Shown: in pieces, positions 53,421 through 64,000 of the stretch
Layout of the letters: every line of letters begins with the position of its first letter
Numbering within the stretch: position 1 is the first letter of the stretch
Assembly: GCA_011109175.1 (NCBI GenBank)
Contig: RDEW01000082.1
Coordinates: forward strand, 62,001 to 126,000
Direction of reading: 5' to 3'
From: Dicyema japonicum
Taxonomy: Eukaryota; Animalia; Dicyemida
Length of the DNA: 64,000 bases
Program-made: the position numbers and the translations under genes
The notes under the pieces: generated by a model
The model's database searches: none
What the model saw: only the letters and a program-made list of their open reading frames with translations
What the model was told of the DNA's origin: nothing

Positions 53421-55059
53421 CAAAATCATCTCAGTCACGACAGAAAACAATCCATTACTGGATATCCACTAAAGCCATCAGAAGTATTTGTATGACCAAG
53501 CTTTTGGAGCGCACTACACTTATTGTTGACGGAAGCGAAGTTCTCTACCGCAAAAAGTTCACGTCCACTTGGCGATCCAACGTTGAGGTCATCACTTGAA
53601 TTTACATTCATATCAGTACAGGATTGGACAATTGTCCTCTCCACTATGTCAATCGTGCTTTCTTGAAGCCAGTAGACGGGTCACCGTTTCTCTTGTCCGG
53701 GTCCGCCTACTCGTTTTCTACAAGACCAAATATACCTGTTGGATCTCTGGGAGCGTTTTCTCTTGGCTGTAACGTTTTTTAGCCACCGGTTTTTTTCACT
53801 TGAAGAGACCGGGAGTAAATAAATAAAATTTGACCCAATCTGATGGTGAATGAGTTCAGAATAATAATTTTTGAATTTTAGGAAAGCATGGAAGAATTTT
53901 GTTAGCAGTCTCTGGTGAATCGATAGAGGCTTCCAAGGACATATAGTTTGAAGCATTATCCCCGCCAGAAACGAGTTTGAACTTAATTGGGCAAGGAATA
54001 AGTGTATTAAGCAAAATGACTTGAAAACCTTGAAAAATATAAATTCGAGAGCTCAAACCAACAGAGATATGTGGAAGAGATTAACATTTCATATTGTTTC
54101 GTTTGTTACACGTGCGAGAACTTTCGTGAAAGTGCTTTAATAAGTGTTACATTAAATCCTACTATTGGGAGTTATGCTAACTGTCAATCACGAAATAGAC
54201 TTAGGAAGGATTCCTGTGTGCAGTGAGCTTGTTGATGAAGCCAATGTGCATGTTTATTCGAACATGCGGGTATGCCGGTTACAAATGTGCGCTATCGTTT
54301 ATATAAAATCTCGATTAATGTACGTGTAACGAGAAGTGGGATTCGTAGCGGTTGATATTACTATATTTTTACTAAGCCCAATTTTTTATCTTATTTTTAC
54401 TGTACTGATCTGAGTACTGAGAAGAAACATAACTGTTGTACAGTAAAATAAGTTTTTGACGCAGTTTGAAAAATATATATTGGGAGACTGATAAACGAGT
54501 GTTATCTCCTGTACTTTGTCCCTTATTGCAAATTTCCAATCAGCTTTCTTCATTACAGAAGTCATTTTCCATACATACGACACTCATTTTCATTTTTTGG
54601 ATGATTTTGGAATATTTCACAGGAGCAGTGATTGCGGGTCAGTTAATTATCTCCCATTTTTTTAAAGTTAATGAATGGCCACCAGGTTGGATTTTTTATA
54701 ATCTACAAAAGATTTAAATCTCCCGTATTGTCGATCATGTGTATTATAATTTACTTCTACCAATCGGTAAGAGGGGGTACTAGTAATAGATTGCGTATCC
54801 CTCCGTTGTGATGTATGTCCCTGTGAACTTTCTTCATTTGAGTTTACTTTGGTTACAAGAATTAGTTTTCGGTGCCTTTGTGGGTCTCCTTTCTAGTTAT
54901 ATCAGCAATTGGCACGATCTACACGACTATAGTATCACCCATGTTGATTTTAGGGATTTTACGACATGCTAGTCCTTTTCTAAATTGTGAGCTGAAATGG
55001 GAAAGTTAAATAACGGGTCATCATTTGCTCACTCAGAGATTTAAAAAATTGAAAATACG

Positions 55060-55440
55060 ATTAATTTGGTGACAAAAAACAGTAACTATATCAGAGGTAC
55101 TGCCACACATATGAACGACCTTAATTTGGAATCGCAGGGCAAAAACAAGCTCAAATTTCAGTTGTCAGATGATAACAAGTGTTTTATTTCGAAAATAAAA
55201 TTATGGAGATTTCAGCTATTAAATGAAGATTTAGTTCATTTTCCTACTGTAAAGAGCCTTAGGAGTACTGTTGGTGCACATACTGTAATTAATTTTTCTA
55301 AATATGAAAGACAAATAAAATCGTTGTTAAAGGAATTTCAAGAAAAATTTCATGATTTCTCGTCTTTTGAACAACAATGTTTACTATTCACAGCCCCATT
55401 CTCTTTTAATGTTTCCAATGCAGAGAAAGCTTACAACTGA
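55060..55440 (+). mobile_element. hAT (GTF2IRD2/SPIN-like) transposase fragment
   Basis: HMNDLNLESQGKN..FISKIKLW..HFPT..FQEKFHDF..PF. Confidence 0.7.
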
Positions 55441-58400
55441 ACTTTTGGAAAATATGAATTAAATTATTCCAAAGACTAAGATAAACCAAAATAACTAATC
55501 CCTTGATATAGTTACAAGGCACCACGTGACCATATATAATACTATGACTTTTCTGTCGCTTAATCGTGAATCAAAAATTATAAGTTATAATAAAGATGGG
55601 GGCATTTTAGATGTTGTATTCGATTTCAGTTAGCCAGGCGGTTAGTTGGTCGGCATTATTGAGGATGTGACTTACTTCTTCCAAGAAAAATATCCTTAGC
55701 TTCATGATGGATGAAAGTGAAAGTCTTTTTTCTCTCGACTATTGACGAGGAAAAAAACTCAATTATCAATAAAAACGGAGAGAATCAAATACCATTGAGT
55801 TTATCTCGGATGGGCGATATCTGTTGGTACCTTCAAAAGATCTCTACGTTAGTTAGTTAAGTAAAAGATCTCTTGGTCGATCTGGATTACAGAAGAATGT
55901 TAGCTATTTACGGTCCCTTAGCTTCTCTACGCACCTTTACTCAAACAAATCGTCTTCGGAAAACCTAGCTATTGAACGATTGGGAGAAGAGGTTTTTAAA
56001 AAAAACAGAGCTTAAATTGTTGGATTCCCGGAAAATCTGTCAAATTTTCTCAACCCTTCAAATATATGCCACAATAGGGAGAGAGAACAATTTCTTGTAA
56101 TATCAGCCAAGTAAAAATGATATACAGTATTTGTCGTCGATACTACACAATGATGAAACAAGTGGCTACAATTGAGGATCTTTGGAGGATTATTTCTTCA
56201 ACATGATAGTAAGCTGTGCCTCAAAATATAGGGAGTATGTAATGCATTCTAGAAACAAACTTACAATAAATACACTAAACGCGGTTAAGAAAGTCTGAGT
56301 TGTTTATGATAATGTGATCAGTCAATACCTCTTACCTCCAGTCCTTTAAAATGAAGAAAATCGCTGCCTGGAGCGGCAATGTTGAGGCGGGAGTAGGTAA
56401 GAAAAAGTATGAGACGTGTTATGTTCGTCAAAGAAACAACTCGGATAGTTCAGTACTTCTCAAATTAAAAACATATATTGTTTAGTATTTCTTGATTTAT
56501 TTTAAATTTAAATTAAATTTGTGTTGTATAAAATGTTTAATAAATATTTTTGAAATGATAACAGGATCGGCTTTTTGTGGTGTTTTAAAAAGACCAGTTG
56601 ACAAATTTAAGATGTTCTCAAACTCCGAGCCAATCATTAGAGTAAGTCGTCTTGTTTAAAAATCCAAGGTTAAATCCGAGAAGTTATGCTTCCACACTTC
56701 AGGACATGACTATCTCACGTTACTAGCATACATGAAGTACATGGATTAGTTTCTAAGGTCAGCCAATGCAGAAATATCCGAATTGTAATAACATTTAATT
56801 TCTTTGGCATCCTGTCCCTTCGAGGACATTTAACGTGAAAAACTACGAGTGAAGAACCCTGGGGTTAACGATGACAGGTTTGCATTAGAACTCCGCGAAA
56901 ATAAGGATCGAATTTCAAAAGCAATATCCAAAAACTCGTACATATTTAAAAGAAAACCAAAAGGAGATTTATTTTGCCAAAAATTCTCTAAAAGATTAAA
57001 ATCATCTAAACAATTCAACATTTTTACTGAAAAGACATTAGAAGAATGCCAAAAAAGTATAGAGACTTCTCAACTTTTTTTTCTGAAGAGAAGAAAAGCT
57101 GATATCTTTTTGGTTAAAGCAGTTTTAATTCCACTCCACAAATTAGGGAATAGTTATATAAAAAAGCTATTCTTAAATTAAATTATCATGTCCCTTCAAT
57201 ACAGCACTCGAAAAATAAACATAAACTGCGTGATCTTCATAATATTAAACTAATTATCACAAGATGGCGGAGTTTCTTAGAAACGGCATTTTATCATTCG
57301 AAAATCTCGTTGCACTGAGAGACAGTGAACAATTTTGTGACGATTGGATTATTGTTGCCAATGTGAAGCATTCAATAATGAATGAAAATTTGTTTCTGAA
57401 CTTTTTGAAATTTTGAAATATAAATGGCTAAAATCTAATTTGGAATAATTGCAAACGTACGGTATTCAATCGAAGAAAGTTATGAACAGTATTTTTTTTG
57501 GTAATTTCCATATAAATTATCCAAAAAATAATTACTTTGATTGGTTATTTTTGAGAAAAATTTAAAACCCAGATTAAGTATTTGTGATATTTTGTTTAAA
57601 GTTAAACGCGAAAAACACAAAATTTTTGAAAAATAATAAAATTGTCCTATTTTTTCTTATGTTTTATTATTTCCGCCCTAATCATTAGTGTACGAATGCG
57701 ATCCAAAAACTTGGATTTAACAAGTTTCTTGGTCGTCCTCCACCGGGAATTGATGTCTGTCAATCTTCTTTTCCTTGTGATATTCAAGTAAACCCGGAGC
57801 GCCTCCGTTACGGTCACTACATGGATCTTAACGCTTACCAGAACAAGACTGGGCAGGCAAAATCGCCATTCTGCCCTTCATGTAAACTTGGTGACCACGT
57901 GACAGACCACCTTTTCTTGTACTCTGTTCCAGATCTGTGTCTCTGGGAACGTTCTTTATTTGTCGTTAAGTGTTTGTTACCCACCTTAACTTGAAAGAAC
58001 CGGGGGTAAATAAATAATAAATTACAATCATGAGGGGTTACTCAATCCTATCTGAGTGACTGTAACAATTAATCCCTCATTAACATTTTGTTTATTAATT
58101 TAATTGATTCCACCTTATCTAGGTTACTTTGAGTTAATTAGCCTAGGATTCTTTCCATGGTTTAAAACAATGGAATTTTGGTCCCCTTCCGCCATCTACA
58201 GAGGGCCAATATTTAACAAAAGATGTCAAAGGACATAACCCGCTGGTTACTAACTTTTACTGTTTATCTGATAATGACTTTCATTTCGTCACAACAATGA
58301 CTAAGAGACCAGTTATCCAAGTGATTGGATGAAGGGATAAGATGATGTACCTTTATTGTGCTGAATTGACAAAGCATGTGAACTTTGTCTTCTACAAATC

Positions 58401-58899
58401 ACGATGAGCGCGGAAACCCCAAGTTCTTAGCTATGAACGTCGGATGTGTTAAGAATCTAAATTAAATACAGTATGACCCAAGTTTGAAAAAAATCCGGGG
58501 ATCATTTTTATAAAGTTAAATGAGTTTTGAATCTTCTGTATTTTTGAGGTAGGCTATTGATGTACAAGGACCTCAGTCAGGTAGGCGTAATTCAACGTTA
58601 TTAAGATAAACTGTTTGTGGATAATTGTTAGGCCCTTCTTGAACCTCCAAATGTCACTGGTTCTGCTAAACAGAATCGGCTCGCTCGTCGCCAAGAAAAA
58701 AATGATAGGAGGGAAAGGAGCTGGATCATTGAGCGCATTTTCTTACAAATCTTCAGGGAAAATGCTTTCTCAATTATGAGAGCAGTCAGCAGTGTAAACT
58801 GTTAGTTTTTGCGTTAAGTGAAATTGGTTTAATTAAAAAAATTCTTGTCTCAAAGCAAAAAATATTTTCAGTAAATTTCCTCGACTTAACCATCTCCAT

Positions 58900-59758
58900 A
58901 ATCACTATCCATGATTGACAAAAAATAAATTGCCTATGATTCAGAGATCTTCCACGGATAAAGTTAACACACTAAAGATTCATAACATCTTCTATTAATT
59001 TTTTTTGCAGTTTATTTTTATGATCAATGGATCCCACTCAGTTAAAACATTGCAGGTCTGTTGCCACTGAGACAAGTTTTGACAAATCCAGTCCAGTTCT
59101 TTAAATATTTCCTCACCCGTCACTCTGCCTTTCAATGGAAGCAGTTTTTTTACCCCACAAATAAATACAGCACAGAAAAGTGTCTTAATACATGTACTTT
59201 CATCAAGTGCAAAAGAAAAATTTTCAAAATCTTTAGTTGTAAGCTTGGAATAACGATTGTTTGATAATTCAGTGATCCTGCTGGCAACAATATTTGGTGA
59301 TAACAAGTCTCTCAAAAAATCTTTTTCTCGGGAAAAAATTTTCACTGATTTTAGCAGACATTCTTTAATAAAATTTCATAAGTAAATGGTTTCGGCGACT
59401 GTGCGATCATTTCACTTGCAGCATAGCTGTATCACATTCTCAGTCGAATTATTCATATTTCTGAAATAAATTCGGTGATTTAGAGGATTTTAGTTTCTGT
59501 GCTTTTTGGTATCACAATTGTCGTAATGTTTTATTATACTCTTTTTGTACTCCAAGTGTATCCATACAGATCATGTATTGAACTTTTAGTTTCAAATCTG
59601 TAAAAAATATAAATCCTCACATTTTTTTATAGAAAAGTTCGATTAACTCCAAATATTGTTTTTAGTGTTGCACATGGGTTACATCACGGTTTTCGTGAAA
59701 ATGCCTTAATAATAATTATTTTTTAGATTATTTTTGGGCCGCGTGTTTGAAACCCCTG
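58900..59758 (-). mobile_element. hAT (GTF2IRD2/SPIN-like) 5' part with TIR
   Basis: LSPNIVASRI..FSFALDEST..GEEIFK; terminus CAGGGGTTTCAAACACGCGGCCC on the minus strand at 59736-59758. Confidence 0.7.
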
Positions 59759-60399
59759 ATATAAAGTCTATTAAGACGTTCTTGAAACGAAGAGGGAAAT
59801 CAAAAAAGTGTAATTGCAATATCATCAACAGACACAGAAACATGGGAACGGTAACTCTGTGGCCATGGTTTAACATGACGAAGATTTTCTTAGGGAATGT
59901 ATATGGTTTGCACTGATGTTACCCCCTTTCGTTGATTCTTCCACTAAATAAGAATCTCTTTTAGGTCGTATACAAGTTTAGGTTTTCTTTAATGTTAGAG
60001 TGTCTTGGATGATTTATTTGAGGAATAATTATATGTACTGAAGACTCTATTATTTTAGAGGTAGTTATTTTTTCAGATCTCATGTAAACCAAGTAAAACG
60101 AACGCCGGATAGTGACTCTAATCCACCTGTATAATGTAAAATCCGAGGTAAACATCAACAGTTCTCTCAATGTTTACATTCGCTTCCAATATCTTTAAAA
60201 ATATTGTTGTATACCATTGAAGCTATGATGCGAGGGAGACAAAAAAAACATAAGTTTATCTCCGCCATTTTGATAATAATTCACCTTTATGGTGGTTAAA
60301 CTTAAAATCCCATATTGTTTGATAGAATTTATATCGAACATAGTAATTAAACACTCCTAATTAAGTGATGGGGGAAGTAATATCAACGGTAGGGCTTGT

Positions 60400-61200
60400 C
60401 AACCGACTTGGCACAAACTGTCCAAGATGGCTCAAACTATCCAAAATTTTGGATATATCAAGGCAGACTGTGGTCAAACATCCAAATCCTTCACAATTGA
60501 AGTACTAGGACTATACAAACAGTTTCTACAAGAGTGACTTTTGCTAAAACCTCACTGGTGCTCTTTTATTGTATCATTACGTTGTATGGGTAAAGAGATT
60601 CTGTTTAGCATTATTCTTTAGATTGTTGGTATAAGGCTTATGGGTCTGTAACAGTTGATAAGTATCCAGTTTTTCCAGAGTTAGGTATCATCCTGACCTC
60701 TGTCAATTTCCAAAGTATATGACCCAACCCGAGAGACATTTCTGACATTCATAGAGTTCCCCTGGTGCTTCCTTAAACAAACGCATACGGTCTTGTCCTT
60801 TCCAGATACACATTTTTAGTGAATTTTACTGCATTTTGAACTCGGCATTTATATTAATGGGCCTATAGAACTAATGACTTTTTCTAACTCTTCTTTTAGA
60901 GACTTTCCAGAAACACATTTTTAGTGAATTTTACTGCATTTTGAACTCGGCATTTATATTAATGGGCCTATAGAACTAATGACTTTTTCTAACTCTTCTT
61001 TTAGAGAACAAACGAGACATGGGCTCGTCAGAGTTAACCTGCTGTATTTTTGAATATTAATGCTCGAATAGGTTCGGAATTTCTTTTAAATATATAATAC
61101 GCCCATCTTGTTTTTGCGACAATTGTAATTTTTCAGATTTACTTCCGATCAATCTGTGATAGAATTTCACTCTGTTATAGGTTTTTTCTATATAATTCAC
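60400..61200 (-). mobile_element. Decayed LINE RT fragment with an internal tandem duplication of about 100 bp (60807-60903 / 60914-61006)
   Basis: YRPISL..NNLKRI..QHQ.GF..STSI..VLDI..AILDSLCQ; the duplication is directly visible. Confidence 0.55.
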
Positions 61201-61374
61201 TGTACTGAGCTATCGATAAATTATTGTTAACTTTTTTTAATTTTGACTCAAGCTAAGGCACAGCATACTTAAATCGACACAAAAATTCACTGTACTGAGC
61301 TATCGATAAATTATTGTTAACTTTTTTTAATTTTGACTCAAGCTAAGGCACAGCATACTTAAATCGACACAAAA
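61194..61374. repeat. Perfect tandem duplication of about 90 bp
   Basis: AATTCACTGTACTGAGCTATCG...AAATCGACACAAAA occurs twice in succession. Confidence 0.9.
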
Positions 61375-61540
61375 TCATATTCGATCAAGTCAACGGCACC
61401 TACGTTTCGAGTTATTAGGTTTTGGAAAGTAAATCCAATTTCGATTGTTTTTAATCATAATTTTCCGATGATCAGTGAGAAACGTTAATTCATGGTTGAT
61501 ATCTGTTTTAGTTGATTTTAGAACTCGTCCGATATTACAT

Positions 61541-62283
61541 TATGACTTTCATTTGGGGCAGACCTCTGGCTTAGGGAACCTCTATTTTTGGGGAAACCTC
61601 TGTTTTAGGATTCTTTCCTTGTGAGGGAAAATTGAATCCATTATTAGTGGGGAAATTTAAATCTCCACACTGTATAAAAAACTTTAACCCTAAGAACATG
61701 GATTTTTCTATTCATTATCCAAAAATTCTTGGATGACACCAGAAATATTTATTACTTGGCTCACCATTACAAATGATTAAGCGATCCGATTCCCTAGACG
61801 ACGCAAGAATTCCAGCGTTGCAGGTGCAAGGGAACCAAACGTCTCAACGGCGAGTGGAACAAACAAATAATCCTTGGGTAGGACCGCGTACTTTTCCATT
61901 TCATCTTCTCGGCCTTCTCAGCGGCAGAACACGCTCAATATAAGACAAATTATTTTCGTGTAATAGAATAAAAAACAAAATAACAGATACTTTCGTGTAA
62001 TGGAATAAAAATTTTTTTTCTGTTTAAAAAAATAAAATTAATTGAAAACATGCTTTAATGTTCATAAAAATACTTTACTTTTTAATAAAATTCTCCCCCA
62101 TAGTTAATAAATAATATTTTATTGTTAATAAATTTTTAGATTTAAAAATAAAATTAATGGAAAATACGTTAAAACTGTTAAAGTTTTTATAAAAATGAAG
62201 AAAATGTCGAACCTCCATTTTTGGGGGAAACGTCTGTTTTTAGGGCAATTTTTCAAAATGGATGCCCCAAATGGAAGCTATAT
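61541..62283. mobile_element. Non-autonomous TIR element (MITE-like)
   Basis: Inverted ends CTTTCATTTGGGGCA (61547) and TGCCCCAAATGGAAG (62263). Sub-terminal GGGGAAAC.TCTGTTTT repeats near both ends. Confidence 0.5.
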
Positions 62284-63231
62284 TGTGTTTTTTTCCTGAT
62301 CAACTGATATTCTAGTGGCTGGTATCTGTTGGTCACATGCTTTCACTTTTTACTCATCGTTGTCGATTAGTTGATGCCAATAAGTGCCAAATAAATCCTT
62401 AGCTAATAAAAATTTATTTAACCCCAAGACTACCAAAAAGATAGGTCAAAAATAAACTTATTAGGTGATCCCAGCCTCCAACAACATCCGAACTCTCTTT
62501 ATCTGGTCTTCTGATGATCCAACCGCATTCCGGAAGCGCCTTCTCTTCCTTCTGCATAGAAATTCAATCGGCGTGCACTTTTTTTATAACCGACCGAAAT
62601 TCCTCTGCATGGGCTACCTTTTCCTTGAGTGGGTTTCTCAGTTCCTTGCAGAAACGTAGGAAACCCTGGCCATTCTTCAACGCCGCCTCTTCTTAAAGTA
62701 GATTGGGGACGGACGTGGAGTCTGATTGTATGTGCCTCATGATCTTCAGTCTGAGAGAATTCACACGTTCCACCCTCGTAGAAGGAATGGAAAATCTCCA
62801 GGCAGAATAGGCATATTCAATCGTCGGCGCAATAACTTGGAAATAAAATTTGCTGATACAAGCAGTAGGAGGGAAGGGGCTCTTCTTTACGATGGCTTTT
62901 AGGACATTAAAAATTAAAATATATTTTTGTAAAATTAAATAAAAAATTATTTTAATGAATTTAGTTTAAAGTAATCTTACAAAAAGTGACCACATGTTAA
63001 GAAACAGAAAAATAGTTTTAATTTGTGAAAATAAATACCAATAATCAATTAGAAAAGTTATTACAAAATATTAGCAAACACTTACTTTAAAGTCAATTAA
63101 ATACAAAAGTGATTAATTAGCGGCAATTTAAAGAAATTATCAAAACTTAATAATCCTTAGAAAAAATAGTTTTTTCAAATGTGAATTAAGTGGACTATAA
63201 ATTGAATGTTTTCAGAAAATACTAATTTAAT

Positions 63232-63675
63232 ATGAACAGCAAACATCACCAAACCTATGATGGACACTTCAACAATCTATCAAATCAACAAAATCATATC
63301 TACGTGAGGGGAGTTGCCTCTTTGGCTTTGGCTAGAGAAAGAAGAGTTTTTGCAGATGTGAAGCCCCCATATTCTTACATTGCATTGATCACTATGATTA
63401 TTGAATCATCACCCGCAGAAATGCTCACTTTGGATGAGATCTATCAACTGATCGCCCACTACTTTCCCTACTACAGAAACCAGGGGAACAAATGGAAGAA
63501 CTCAATAAGACACAACTTGTCTCTCAACGACTGTTTTGTCAAAATATCATCGAAACAGAATGTCCATTCAAAAAAGAATCTTTGGGCCATTCATCCACAA
63601 TGCAAGGACATGTTCTCCCAGGGATCCTTTCTTAGAAGACCCAGTCGATTTAAACTAATGAATAAACATTTTTAA
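63232..63675 (+). CDS. Intronless forkhead transcription factor (147 aa), FoxA/B superclass, most similar in motif to FoxAB
   Basis: Complete FKH domain [69 protein letters not shown]. Confidence 0.9.
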   Translation: MNSKHHQTYDGHFNNLSNQQNHIYVRGVASLALARERRVFADVKPPYSYIALITMIIESSPAEMLTLDEIYQLIAHYFPYYRNQGNKWKNSIRHNLSLNDCFVKISSKQNVHSKKNLWAIHPQCKDMFSQGSFLRRPSRFKLMNKHF

Positions 63676-64000
63676 TTTTCCATAATTTATCTCGTTTTTA
63701 TTAATATCCGTTGGTGCCTTTCTTAATAAAAAAAAACTAGAGACTTTTGGTAGAGAATTAACACGTGGACGTTTGTACCGATGATAGGAATCACAAGATT
63801 GTTTTATTAGGTGATTAGTATGGGACTTTTCAAGTAGGCTGAATATTTAGTGGATCGATTATTATAGAGTAGCACTTTCATCAAAGCAAGTTTTAGAAAT
63901 TATTTAATACACTTAAGTGTGAAATTTCATACATTATTATTGAATTTTACAAAGCATTTAAAAACCTTAATAGCTTTGATGTCTCTTCTTAAAGATCCAT

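Noticed and set aside
60807-61374. Adjacent perfect tandem duplications of 90-100 bp as functional arrays
   Set aside because: Only two units each, inside TE debris; could be slippage or assembly overlap artefacts.
61903-61920. CTTCTCGGCCTT resembling the U2 snRNA 5' end
   Set aside because: Similarity stops after 12 nt; there is no branch-pairing GTGTAGTA or Sm site.

Overview
AT-rich (roughly 35% GC by eye) eukaryotic, almost certainly animal, nuclear DNA. Small islands of compact host genes are separated by a dense graveyard of decayed transposons. Every intron I could reconstruct in the host genes is an ultra-short spliceosomal intron of 19-28 nt, which is why the ORF track is so fragmented. 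That intron size combined with animal genes points to a dicyemid mesozoan or similar reduced parasite (inference). Host genes: L2HGDH, a multi-pass membrane protein, BBS8/TTC8 head-to-head with NDUFS2, tRNA-Ala(AGC) plus a decayed duplicate, a helical-repeat (possibly TAF1A-like) gene, a divergent SmE and a minimal forkhead gene resembling FoxAB. The most striking element is a family of four paralogous 7-intron genes for type-I membrane proteins with two C-type-lectin-like domains. They have an unalignable hypervariable patch between near-invariant flanks and an identical tract shared by two copies, resembling a diversifying surface receptor or antigen system. The palindrome (C)CACGTG(G) is strongly over-represented, even inside 23-25 nt introns. 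Transposon relics include CRE-like, R2/NeSL-like, RTE/jockey/L1-like LINEs, hAT, MULE, pogo and Merlin. Scattered 1-nt indels in homopolymers of conserved genes suggest long-read assembly errors. All gene models and counts were done by hand.
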